A stretch of DNA of 64,000 nt from Bdellovibrionota bacterium. Its GTDB lineage: Bacteria; Bdellovibrionota_C; UBA2361; CALJRW01. Below the pieces are notes generated by a model, which saw nothing but the letters and a program-made list of their open reading frames with translations, had not been told where the DNA came from and made no database searches. Shown piece after piece: positions 51,336-59,760 of the stretch (its first letter is position 1; each line of letters opens with the position of its first letter). The stretch lies in contig JBGSMD010000009.1 in the NCBI GenBank assembly GCA_041740355.1, positions 1-64,000 of the forward strand, in the 5' to 3' direction. A program made the position numbers and the translations under genes.

Positions 51336-51476
51336 ATGGAAGATAAGAAAACCGACGAGTCAAAAAAAGAAAAAAAGACTTATCAAAAACCAAAATTGAT
51401 TAAATATGGTTCGCTCAAAGAACTAACTAAATTTGGTGGCTCAATGGCTGCTGACTTTTTTGGTATGCAAACTTAG
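51336..51476 (+). CDS. Lasso-type RiPP precursor peptide, 46 aa (MEDKKTDESKKEKKTYQKPKLIKYGSLKELTK-FGGSMAADFFGMQT)
   Basis: Hand-translated (below the ORF-track cut-off). Leader motif YxxPxLxxxGxxxxxT; Asp at core position 8; 45 bp downstream of the RRE gene. Confidence 0.88.
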   Translation: MEDKKTDESKKEKKTYQKPKLIKYGSLKELTKFGGSMAADFFGMQT

Positions 51477-51668
51477 TTCTAGCTCTATAAGTTCCTATTT
51501 GTATAACTCAAAATCCCTTCTGACATAAATTCAGGAATAATTAGTTCGATTCAAAATGCGATAATTAGATCAAGCAAATTAATCTTGTTTCTATATTGTG
51601 GTTGTATCTACAATCAATTAAATTTTCAGTATATTTGCCCTTTGGTCAGGTGTCTTTGGACTGTAATA

Positions 51669-51811
51669 ATAGACAGTCCAAAAAATAATTTACGTAAGTA
51701 ATTTTTTGGGGTCTATCTATCCCCCAGAGGGATGATAAAATCATATAATTATTACAAAAAGCAGGTAAATTGATTTTATTTATACGTAATTTATTTTTTG
51801 GAATAACTATA
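51669..51811 (-). mobile_element. ~145-bp MITE-like element, copy 3 (inverted)
   Basis: Reverse complement reads TATAGTTATTCCAAAAAA…TATGATTTTATCATCCCTCTGGGGGATAG…CCCCAAAAAA…TTTTTGGACTGTCTAT. Confidence 0.7.
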
Positions 51812-51816
51812 AATCA

Positions 51817-52791
51817 ATGAATCAATATACTCCTCAAAATTTCGCTCAAATGCTAGCCGATCCTGTAAGGGTTCCAGCTTTTATTAATGCCCTCAAAGAA
51901 TTAATCACACCGGATACAGTTGTTTTAGACTTAGGTGCAGGAACTGGCGGGTTTACTCTACTCGCTTGTAGCCTTGGAGCAAAGAAAGTCATAGCAGTTG
52001 AGCCAAACGAAGCAATATTAATTGCGAAAGAACTTATCAAAGAGAATCGATTTGAAGATCGAGTGGAGTTCTATCAAGAGAAAATAGAAAATCTAAATTT
52101 ATTGCCAGTTGATCTGATAATCGCCGACCTAAGAGGCAAACTTCCTTTTTATCAACAGAATCTTCCGATTATGCAATTAGCCAAAAGTAAATTTTTAAAA
52201 GCGACTGGTGCGCTACTGCCTTCTAAGGACAAAATCTATTTAGCACTTTGCTCAGATGCCGATCTTTACCAAAAAAAGATTCACCCACTAGCCAAACAAT
52301 CGATTAAATTTTCAACAAAATCTTACGAAAAATATTTAACAAATTCTTTTTATCCAACAAACTTTAAAGCTAAGCAATTAGCCAGCAAGGCGGAAATCTG
52401 GTGTTCCCTAGATTACAACCAGATTAAAGATTATTCTTACAGTGCTTCCGTTACTTTCTCAACTCTCAAGCAAAAACTGTTTGGCTTTTATGCCTGGTTT
52501 GATTGTGAATTAACACCGAATGTCAGCTATTCTTGTGGAGCAGACTCAGAGGCGCTAGTCTATGGAAGTGTCTTTTTTCCGTTTGAACAAGAAATTGAAT
52601 TAAAAGATAATCAAGTTCTGGAAATTGAGCTATCAGCTAGATATATTGATGAGGATTATATCTGGAGGTGGAAAACTTACCTAGTCGATCTAGCAAGCAA
52701 TTCCAAGAAGATATTATTCGATCAATCAACTTTTTATGGTGTAATATTTTCTAAGAATTTATTAGATCAAAAAATTTCCCCAGAAATTTAA
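51817..52791 (+). CDS. Class I SAM methyltransferase with PRMT-like architecture (putative RiPP tailoring enzyme)
   Basis: MLADPVR, VVLDLGAGTG, VIAVE, VDLIIADLRG, FLKATGALLP, GFYAWFD. Confidence 0.85.
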   Translation: MNQYTPQNFAQMLADPVRVPAFINALKELITPDTVVLDLGAGTGGFTLLACSLGAKKVIAVEPNEAILIAKELIKENRFEDRVEFYQEKIENLNLLPVDLIIADLRGKLPFYQQNLPIMQLAKSKFLKATGALLPSKDKIYLALCSDADLYQKKIHPLAKQSIKFSTKSYEKYLTNSFYPTNFKAKQLASKAEIWCSLDYNQIKDYSYSASVTFSTLKQKLFGFYAWFDCELTPNVSYSCGADSEALVYGSVFFPFEQEIELKDNQVLEIELSARYIDEDYIWRWKTYLVDLASNSKKILFDQSTFYGVIFSKNLLDQKISPEI

Positions 52792-52815
52792 CTTTCTAAT
52801 AATAGAACATCACCC

Positions 52816-55800
52816 TTGTCAGAACAAAAACATTTTCATCTTACACTTACAGGTCTCAAGGAGAACAATCTAAAGGACTTGGATATTACTCTGGAGCATG
52901 ATCAGTTAATCGCGGTAACTGGACTATCGGGATCTGGCAAATCAACTTTAGCTTTTGATACTGTTTACGCCGAAGGTCAACGAAGGTACTTAGAAACATT
53001 TTCTTCTTATGTTCGTCAATTCTTAGATAAAGTTAAAAAACCAGATCTGGAAAGTAGTGAAAATGTACGCCCAGCAATCGCCATTGAACAAAAGAATAAA
53101 ATTCACTCTAGTCGCTCCACCGTTGGAACACTTACTGACTTAAATGATTACTTAGGAATACTATTTGCTAATTTCGCACTACCCTACTCTCCAATTAGTA
53201 ATCAGCTGCTTAGAAAATATTCGCCCAACGAAGTTGCCGAAGCCGCTAGTAAAATAGAATTCAATGTTGATTACTTCTTTATCTGCGCACCTTGCCCATT
53301 AACCGCAACAAAAAAAGGTATAACTAAAAAACTAACTAAGAAGGACCTAGCAGAACAGGTAAATAATCTTCAATTAATGGGATATAATCGCTTTTTAATT
53401 CCTGGATCAGCTACTGTTTATAAATTAGCGGAAGATCTTTCGGAGCTAGCTACTCAGGAATTAATTTATATTTTAATTGATCGACTAAAACCTGCTCAAG
53501 CTAAGACTCACCGCTTAATTGAAGCTGTAGAGCAGGCCTACCAACTGGGCAAAGGTGTTGCTTATCTCGCTATCCCCGAAGCGGAGCTAATTCAATTTCA
53601 TCGATTTACATCTTTCTATTCGGATCCCTCACAAGATAACTTAGAACTCAAAATTCCACTGCCAAAACCCGGACTATTTTCTCCAAATAATCCATTAGGT
53701 GCTTGCCCTCACTGTAAGGGTTTTGGAGCAAATTTAATTGCCGATCCTAAAAGAATCATTCTTAACCCAGAATTATCGCTAACAGAGAACGCGGTCGATT
53801 GCTGGAAAGGTCCCGCCGTTCAAAATTTAAAAGAAAAGTTAATTAAGTTTGCAACTGAAAATAAAATTAAAGCTAATCTTCCTTGGAGTAAACTTACTAG
53901 CGAACAACAAGATTTGATATTTAACCATAGCGGTAAGAGTTACTTGGGGCTAAGTCCTTGGTTTAAAAAAATCGAGAAGAAATCTTATAAGGCTTACGTT
54001 CGAATTTACTTAACCAAGTATCGCTCTCCTGTTACTTGTGAAGAATGCCAAGGAAGTGGAAGCAAAGCTGATGCCCTACTTTTTCGTTTAAATAATAAAA
54101 ATATTTCAGAACTTAGGGAACTAGCAATTAGCGAACTAGCTGATTGGATAGCAGGATTAAAAACTCAAGTAACAAAATCTAAATCCTTAGAGCTTCAAAC
54201 TGTATTTGGGCAAAGTACTTCTCGGACCAAACAAATGTTAAATCTCGGCTTGGACTACTTAAGTTTAAGTCGCCCTGCCAAAACACTTTCTGGTGGTGAA
54301 ACTCAACGGGTTAATTTAGTTTCTGCCATTGGAAGCGAACTAGTTTCCACTCAATTTGTTTTAGATGAGCCTTCCGTTGGATTACACCCTAGAGACTCTG
54401 ATCGTTTAATGCAAGCAATTAAAGAATTAAAGAATCGCGGAAATAGTATTTTAATGGTGGAACATGATCCTGATTGTATCTTAGCAGCAGATCAAATCCT
54501 CCACCTTGGACCAAAAGCTGGTAGCCAGGGAGGAGAAGTTATTTACTATGGTACTCCTAATAATTGGAAACATAAATTTATTCCAGTTAGTCCTCAAAAA
54601 CTTAAACCACAATCAGCTAGCGAACTAATAGTTAAAGCTGATAATATCCGGAATTTAAAAAAAATAGATCTACGAATTCCTCTTTCATGTTTAGTGGTAC
54701 TATCCGGTGTTTCCGGAAGTGGCAAAAGTAGTCTAGCAAGAGAAGTAATTTTAAAAGCTTACCAAGAGAATTGTAGCCAAGATCCTTTTGGAAATTATTC
54801 TGTTTTAGGTTTAGAGCAGTTTGGTCAAGTACTAGCAGTCGATCAAAGCTCATTGGTGAAGAGTCCGCGTTCAAACATTGCAACTTATAGCAAACTTTGG
54901 GAGATAATTCGGGAGGAGTTAGCAGACGATCCGCTGGCAAAACAAAAACTTTTTACTAAATCAACTTTCTCGTTTAACGTGGAAGGTGGACGTTGTCCTC
55001 ATTGTAAGGGAGCTGGATACCTCAAAGAAGAAATGCAATTTCTAAGTGATGTATATGTTACGTGTGACCTGTGCTTGGGACAAAGATTTCAGGATTCAGT
55101 TCTAGATGTTACCTATTTAGACAAAAATGTAGCCGAATGGTTAAAAACAACGGTTCTGGAATGTCAGAGTTTATTAGTTAATAACTTAGAAGCATTTTCT
55201 ATCTGCCAAAACATCAACAAGCTTGGTCTGGGCCACTTAACTCTCGGTCATCCTTTAAGTCAGCTTTCAGGTGGTGAAGCACAACGTCTAAAACTGGTTC
55301 CCTTTATTCAAAGAGCTACTCGGGGTGATTCCTTACTAATCTTTGATGAGCCCTCAACTGGACTTAGCCAAGAAGATGTTAAGAACCTACTAATTGTTTT
55401 TCAAGAACTAATTTCAGCAGGTCACTCAATTCTCTGCATTGAACATAATCAAGATATTATTCTTGCAGCCGATCATGTAATCGACCTAGGACCCGAAGGT
55501 GGTAAAAATGGTGGCGAAGTGGTCTTACAAGGCACACCTACTGAATTTTTAAATAAAAAAAATCAATCAAAATCTCTGACTGCTAAATACCTACAAGCCT
55601 ATCTAGATCGTTACCAATCTGGAAAAATCAAATTTGAAAAAGAAAAAGAAGTTAAGCATGACTCTAGTAAGTTAAAAATCTTTGCTGCTAATGAACATAA
55701 CTTAAAGAATATCGACTTAGAAATCCCTCATAACGAAATTGTTGTTTTCACAGGAGTATCAGGATCTGGAAAATCAACCATCGCGAAGGATATTGTTTAC

Positions 55801-58077
55801 GCCGAAGGACAGCGAAAATACTTAGACTGTCTTTCTCCTTATGCTCGACAATTTATTAAAGAGTTAGCTAAACCTCAAATTGCTAGTATTGAAAACCTCC
55901 GACCAACAATTTGTGTCTATCAGCATACCTTCCAACCAAGTAAGCTTTCCACGCTTGGGACTGTTAGTGAAATTTATAACTTCCTTAGATTACTTTTTGC
56001 CAAAGTAGGCGTACCCTACTGTCCAGATCATCCCGAGCATGAACTAAGTAGTTCGAGCTTAGAACAGATTTTAAATAAGATTCTCCTATTTGGCGATCAG
56101 ACTGTTAAATTAATGGTTCCGGTAATTAAATCTAAAAAAGGGCATCATCGCCCAGTCTTTATTCAAGCTAGAAAATCAGAGATTGAGGAGGTTCGAGTCG
56201 ATGGTGTCTTTGGACCAGTGGGACGCTTTGAAGAAGGATTAAGTAGAAATCAGGTTCATAATATTGAATTTGTATATGCTAAGGTAGTTCCTAGTAGAAT
56301 TCCGCCTGATTTAATTATGGAAGCAATTCGTGACATTATCAGCCTTAGTGGAGGCAATATTATTGCTAACGTGGCAGGTTCCGATCAGATCTTAAGTACC
56401 CGCCGGGGTTGTCCCGAATGTGGTCGCGGATATTTAAAACCGGACCCTGAAGATTTTTCATTTAACTCTCAACGAGGACGATGCTCAAAATGTTCCGGCT
56501 CAGGTAAAACAATTACCGAGAAGATTTGTCCAAGTTGTAATGGAACAAGGATTAACAAGACCGCGTTAAATATCAAGATTAACCAAAAAAATATTTACCA
56601 ATTATCACAGTTAAATTCTGCTGAGTTAGCAAGTTTCCTAGATCAAGTTAAATTTCCTAAGCAACAGCTAGAAATTGCTAAAACAATTATTTCTGAAATT
56701 AAAATTAGAACTAATCGTTTGTTGCGTTTAGGTTTGGAATACTTACCACTCAGTAGAAGCTGTCAGGATTTATCTAAAGGTGAATTGCAACGCTTAAAAT
56801 TAGCTAACTCTATGGGCTCTCCACTAAATGGTGTTTTATATATCTTTGATGAACCAAGTGCTGGCCTCCACCCAAATGATAATCGAAAAATATTAAAAGA
56901 GTTCACCAACCTAAAGAATCAAGGCAATTCCGTCTATATAATTGAACACGACCAAGATACAATTGAGTTTGCTGATCACTTAATTGAATTAGGTCCAGGT
57001 GGCGGACGCGAAGGTGGTCAAATAATATATAATGGTAGTGTAAAAAACTATCAGCCCCATAAGATCTCCAAAATTGACTGGTCCACTAACCTAGATGAAC
57101 CTAAACATAATTTAAAAATTACTGCTGGGGCAATAAATAATATCAAGTCCCTAAGCTTAACCCTTCCACTCCAAAGATTAGTGACAATTTGTGGCGTTTC
57201 CGGATCAGGGAAAAGTACTCTACTAAACAATATTATTTTAAATTCAATTGATAATCTTAAAAACCTAGAATGGAAAAATAAACTATCCACTGTCACTTCG
57301 GATTTATTAATTGATCGATTGTTAGTTGTTGATCAATCCCCGATCGGAAAAAACTCTCGTTCCACTCCAGCTTCTTATTTAAAAATCTGGGATGAAATTA
57401 GAAAATTACTGGCGCAAATGCCACTGGCTAAGACTCGTGGCTGGGGACCAAGTTATTTTTCTTATAACTCCGCAACTGGGGGGCGTTGCCCTGAATGTAA
57501 TGGAACTGGCACTCAAAAATTAGAAATGAGTTTTTTAGCAGAAGCAAAAATTGAGTGCCCACTATGCCAAGGAAAAAGGTACACCGATGAAACACTAAGC
57601 ATTAAATACTTAGACAAAAATGCCTCAGAAATTTTCAACTTAACCTTTGAAGAAGCAAAGAATTTATTTACGAATTATCCTAAAATTTATCGCATTCTGA
57701 AAAGTGCTTGTGATTTAGGTCTAGGGTATTTAACCTTAGGTCAAACTTCCACTACTCTTTCCGGTGGCGAAGCTCAGCGTTTAAAATTAACGGAAGAATT
57801 AGCAGTTAATCCTCGGGGTCATACATTATATGTTTTTGATGAACCAAGTGTTGGTTTACACCAACAAGATGTTTTAAAACTGCTGAAAGTATTGAAAGAT
57901 TTAACTAACAGAGGCGACAGTGTGATCTTAATAGAACATGACCCCCTGATAATCAAGTATTCTGATCATTTAATAGAGATGGGTCCAGGTGCTGGAGATT
58001 TAGGTGGAGAGATTATTTATAACGGCCCTCTTTCACAAATAAAAAAATCTAAATCTCTTTGGAAAGAGTTGATTTAA
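52816..58077 (+). CDS. uvrA: Double-length excinuclease ABC subunit A
   Basis: Two tandem UvrA units: four Walker A motifs (GxSGSGKS), signatures LSGGE/LSGGE/LSKGE/LSGGE, YAEGQR twice, Zn fingers. Confidence 0.95.
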   Translation: MSEQKHFHLTLTGLKENNLKDLDITLEHDQLIAVTGLSGSGKSTLAFDTVYAEGQRRYLETFSSYVRQFLDKVKKPDLESSENVRPAIAIEQKNKIHSSRSTVGTLTDLNDYLGILFANFALPYSPISNQLLRKYSPNEVAEAASKIEFNVDYFFICAPCPLTATKKGITKKLTKKDLAEQVNNLQLMGYNRFLIPGSATVYKLAEDLSELATQELIYILIDRLKPAQAKTHRLIEAVEQAYQLGKGVAYLAIPEAELIQFHRFTSFYSDPSQDNLELKIPLPKPGLFSPNNPLGACPHCKGFGANLIADPKRIILNPELSLTENAVDCWKGPAVQNLKEKLIKFATENKIKANLPWSKLTSEQQDLIFNHSGKSYLGLSPWFKKIEKKSYKAYVRIYLTKYRSPVTCEECQGSGSKADALLFRLNNKNISELRELAISELADWIAGLKTQVTKSKSLELQTVFGQSTSRTKQMLNLGLDYLSLSRPAKTLSGGETQRVNLVSAIGSELVSTQFVLDEPSVGLHPRDSDRLMQAIKELKNRGNSILMVEHDPDCILAADQILHLGPKAGSQGGEVIYYGTPNNWKHKFIPVSPQKLKPQSASELIVKADNIRNLKKIDLRIPLSCLVVLSGVSGSGKSSLAREVILKAYQENCSQDPFGNYSVLGLEQFGQVLAVDQSSLVKSPRSNIATYSKLWEIIREELADDPLAKQKLFTKSTFSFNVEGGRCPHCKGAGYLKEEMQFLSDVYVTCDLCLGQRFQDSVLDVTYLDKNVAEWLKTTVLECQSLLVNNLEAFSICQNINKLGLGHLTLGHPLSQLSGGEAQRLKLVPFIQRATRGDSLLIFDEPSTGLSQEDVKNLLIVFQELISAGHSILCIEHNQDIILAADHVIDLGPEGGKNGGEVVLQGTPTEFLNKKNQSKSLTAKYLQAYLDRYQSGKIKFEKEKEVKHDSSKLKIFAANEHNLKNIDLEIPHNEIVVFTGVSGSGKSTIAKDIVYAEGQRKYLDCLSPYARQFIKELAKPQIASIENLRPTICVYQHTFQPSKLSTLGTVSEIYNFLRLLFAKVGVPYCPDHPEHELSSSSLEQILNKILLFGDQTVKLMVPVIKSKKGHHRPVFIQARKSEIEEVRVDGVFGPVGRFEEGLSRNQVHNIEFVYAKVVPSRIPPDLIMEAIRDIISLSGGNIIANVAGSDQILSTRRGCPECGRGYLKPDPEDFSFNSQRGRCSKCSGSGKTITEKICPSCNGTRINKTALNIKINQKNIYQLSQLNSAELASFLDQVKFPKQQLEIAKTIISEIKIRTNRLLRLGLEYLPLSRSCQDLSKGELQRLKLANSMGSPLNGVLYIFDEPSAGLHPNDNRKILKEFTNLKNQGNSVYIIEHDQDTIEFADHLIELGPGGGREGGQIIYNGSVKNYQPHKISKIDWSTNLDEPKHNLKITAGAINNIKSLSLTLPLQRLVTICGVSGSGKSTLLNNIILNSIDNLKNLEWKNKLSTVTSDLLIDRLLVVDQSPIGKNSRSTPASYLKIWDEIRKLLAQMPLAKTRGWGPSYFSYNSATGGRCPECNGTGTQKLEMSFLAEAKIECPLCQGKRYTDETLSIKYLDKNASEIFNLTFEEAKNLFTNYPKIYRILKSACDLGLGYLTLGQTSTTLSGGEAQRLKLTEELAVNPRGHTLYVFDEPSVGLHQQDVLKLLKVLKDLTNRGDSVILIEHDPLIIKYSDHLIEMGPGAGDLGGEIIYNGPLSQIKKSKSLWKELI

Positions 58078-58580
58078 GCACAGTTAGACGCAAAAGGCCC
58101 GGGGTCTGCATGGGTTCGAATATTATGATAATTACCATCGGAATTATTCTGATAATCAATATGGTTCACGCCTTCTTTGATATCACAATGAAAAATAGAA
58201 GTAGTATGAACCCAGTCACTAGTTGATGAATTTGAATTAAAACTAGAAAGAATTACAATTCTTGAATTTTTCATTGTCAGAACTTCTTGCAAAATGTTCA
58301 TGCCATTTTTTGTGTTGCACTCGATATTTTGACTGCCGGAAGTTGGATCGTAATGCCAAATACAAACTGGATTTGGAACATCACTCGATAAACTTTGCAT
58401 GATTAAAAATGAAGAATTTCGAATGTCATGGTAAGCCATGTCCATTTCAACTGTATGGGTTCGATCACGATATTGGAAAAACAGACCGAGAGACATAGAT
58501 GATAATGCCGCAGCCGTCGCAATAGTAAACATTAATTCTACTAAAGAAAATCCAGCTGAGGATTTGTTGTAGTTCTTCAT
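58074..58580 (-). CDS. Type IV pilin-like protein
   Basis: MKNYNKSSAG|FSLVELMFTIA; four Cys in the mature part; likely start at the ATG at 58580. Confidence 0.8.
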   Translation of the reverse strand: MKNYNKSSAGFSLVELMFTIATAAALSSMSLGLFFQYRDRTHTVEMDMAYHDIRNSSFLIMQSLSSDVPNPVCIWHYDPTSGSQNIECNTKNGMNILQEVLTMKNSRIVILSSFNSNSSTSDWVHTTSIFHCDIKEGVNHIDYQNNSDGNYHNIRTHADPGPFASNCA

Positions 58581-58662
58581 GGTTGCTTCCTTGCAAAAAA
58601 AACTAACCAATTACATCGCAAACTTAGTTGGATAGAACTAACTCAATTCAAATAGAACTGAA

Positions 58663-59103
58663 TTAAGACTCGTCTTCCGCTTCAAAGCTATCTTCTTCTT
58701 CGACATCTCTAAAGCTTCCCTCTTTTCGTTCCAACTCTTCCTTGGCTTCGATTGTATATTGGGCTACTGGACGTGCTCGTAAACGTGCGGAAGGAATCTC
58801 CTCTCCTGTTAACTCACATATTCCATAATCACCTGTATCGTCGCCTTCCCCAAACTTCTTTAAAGCATGGTCGATTTTTTTTAATAACTTAGTTTCACGT
58901 TTGCCGATACGAGCGGTTGTTCTTTGTTCAAGCTCAAGGGAAGCTAAGTCTACTTCATCCCCTCCGATACTGTTCATACCACTATCAGAATCACGTTCAA
59001 TTCTACGCATGTGGTCGATAATGCGCTTCTTTTCTTCAATTAAAATCTCTTTTAACTCTAATAAGTCTGCTTGACGTTGTTCTTCTTTAGATTTTCTGGC
59101 CAT
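58663..59103 (-). CDS. dksA: DksA/TraR family RNA polymerase-binding factor (single Cys)
   Basis: Coiled coil with GDEVD tip, LLKKIDHAL, YGICELTGEEIP…RLRARP…YTIEAKE. Confidence 0.88.
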   Translation of the reverse strand: MARKSKEEQRQADLLELKEILIEEKKRIIDHMRRIERDSDSGMNSIGGDEVDLASLELEQRTTARIGKRETKLLKKIDHALKKFGEGDDTGDYGICELTGEEIPSARLRARPVAQYTIEAKEELERKEGSFRDVEEEDSFEAEDES

Positions 59104-59361
59104 GGATGTAGTACTTTATAAACGATAATTAGGGGTATATTGTAGTTTTAATTAGTTAAAAAATCAAGGGAGACTTAACTCTTTGTCCTCGAATTCCAAT
59201 AAAATCCGATGTCGTATAATGTTAATTTGAGCATGCTAACTGAAGCCGATTACGTATTATTCGAATTGCTTGTAAAAAAACTGCCCCTTGCTCAGACTTA
59301 TACCATTACCTATCCTATTAGTTGACCTAAATTACAACTTCTCCGCCGACTCGTCCGCTGA

Positions 59362-59391
59362 CTTGTCCGCCGAAGCCTTGGCAAAGGTGAA
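59362..59391 (+). repeat. REP-like repeat
   Basis: CTTGTCCGCCGAAGCCTTGGCAAAGGTGAA, preceded by partial TCCGC repeats. Confidence 0.7.
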
Positions 59392-59511
59392 AGCTTTGGC
59401 CTCTTAGGTTTTAGTATATTTGTTTTCCTTCATATTTAATCTTACTTTATAAGGTTAAATACCGATGTGACCCTCTTGGGTCGCAACGCATCAGGTACTT
59501 CCTGCTTAATA

Positions 59512-59604
59512 TACTAGGTAAAAAAAATGACCAGGTAATTTCCAATGTCGCCTAGTATACTAGACATCTAGTTTATAAATGGTAATTTCAAATGACGCCT
59601 AGTA
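59512..59604. repeat. Two stacked 46-47-bp units bounded by TACTAG…CTAGTA
   Basis: Both units end in GGTAATTTC(C/A)AATG(T/A)CGCCTAGTA. Confidence 0.7.
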
Positions 59605-59740
59605 TAGTGAGTTCAAAAAATAAATTACTTTAAAAAACCAAGGATTTTGCTTGGACTCACTATTTATTTTGTTTTTAGCTATGCAAACTTGGGATTTATC
59701 CAAGATTTGCATTAGCCGTAATGTCTCTGTTTAATTTACT
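59603..59740 (+). repeat. Direct repeat A (left flank of the mevalonate genes)
   Basis: Aligns to 61935-62099; begins with the MITE-family TIR. Confidence 0.8.
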
Positions 59741-59760
59741 AACGTAAATATAATAAGCCT

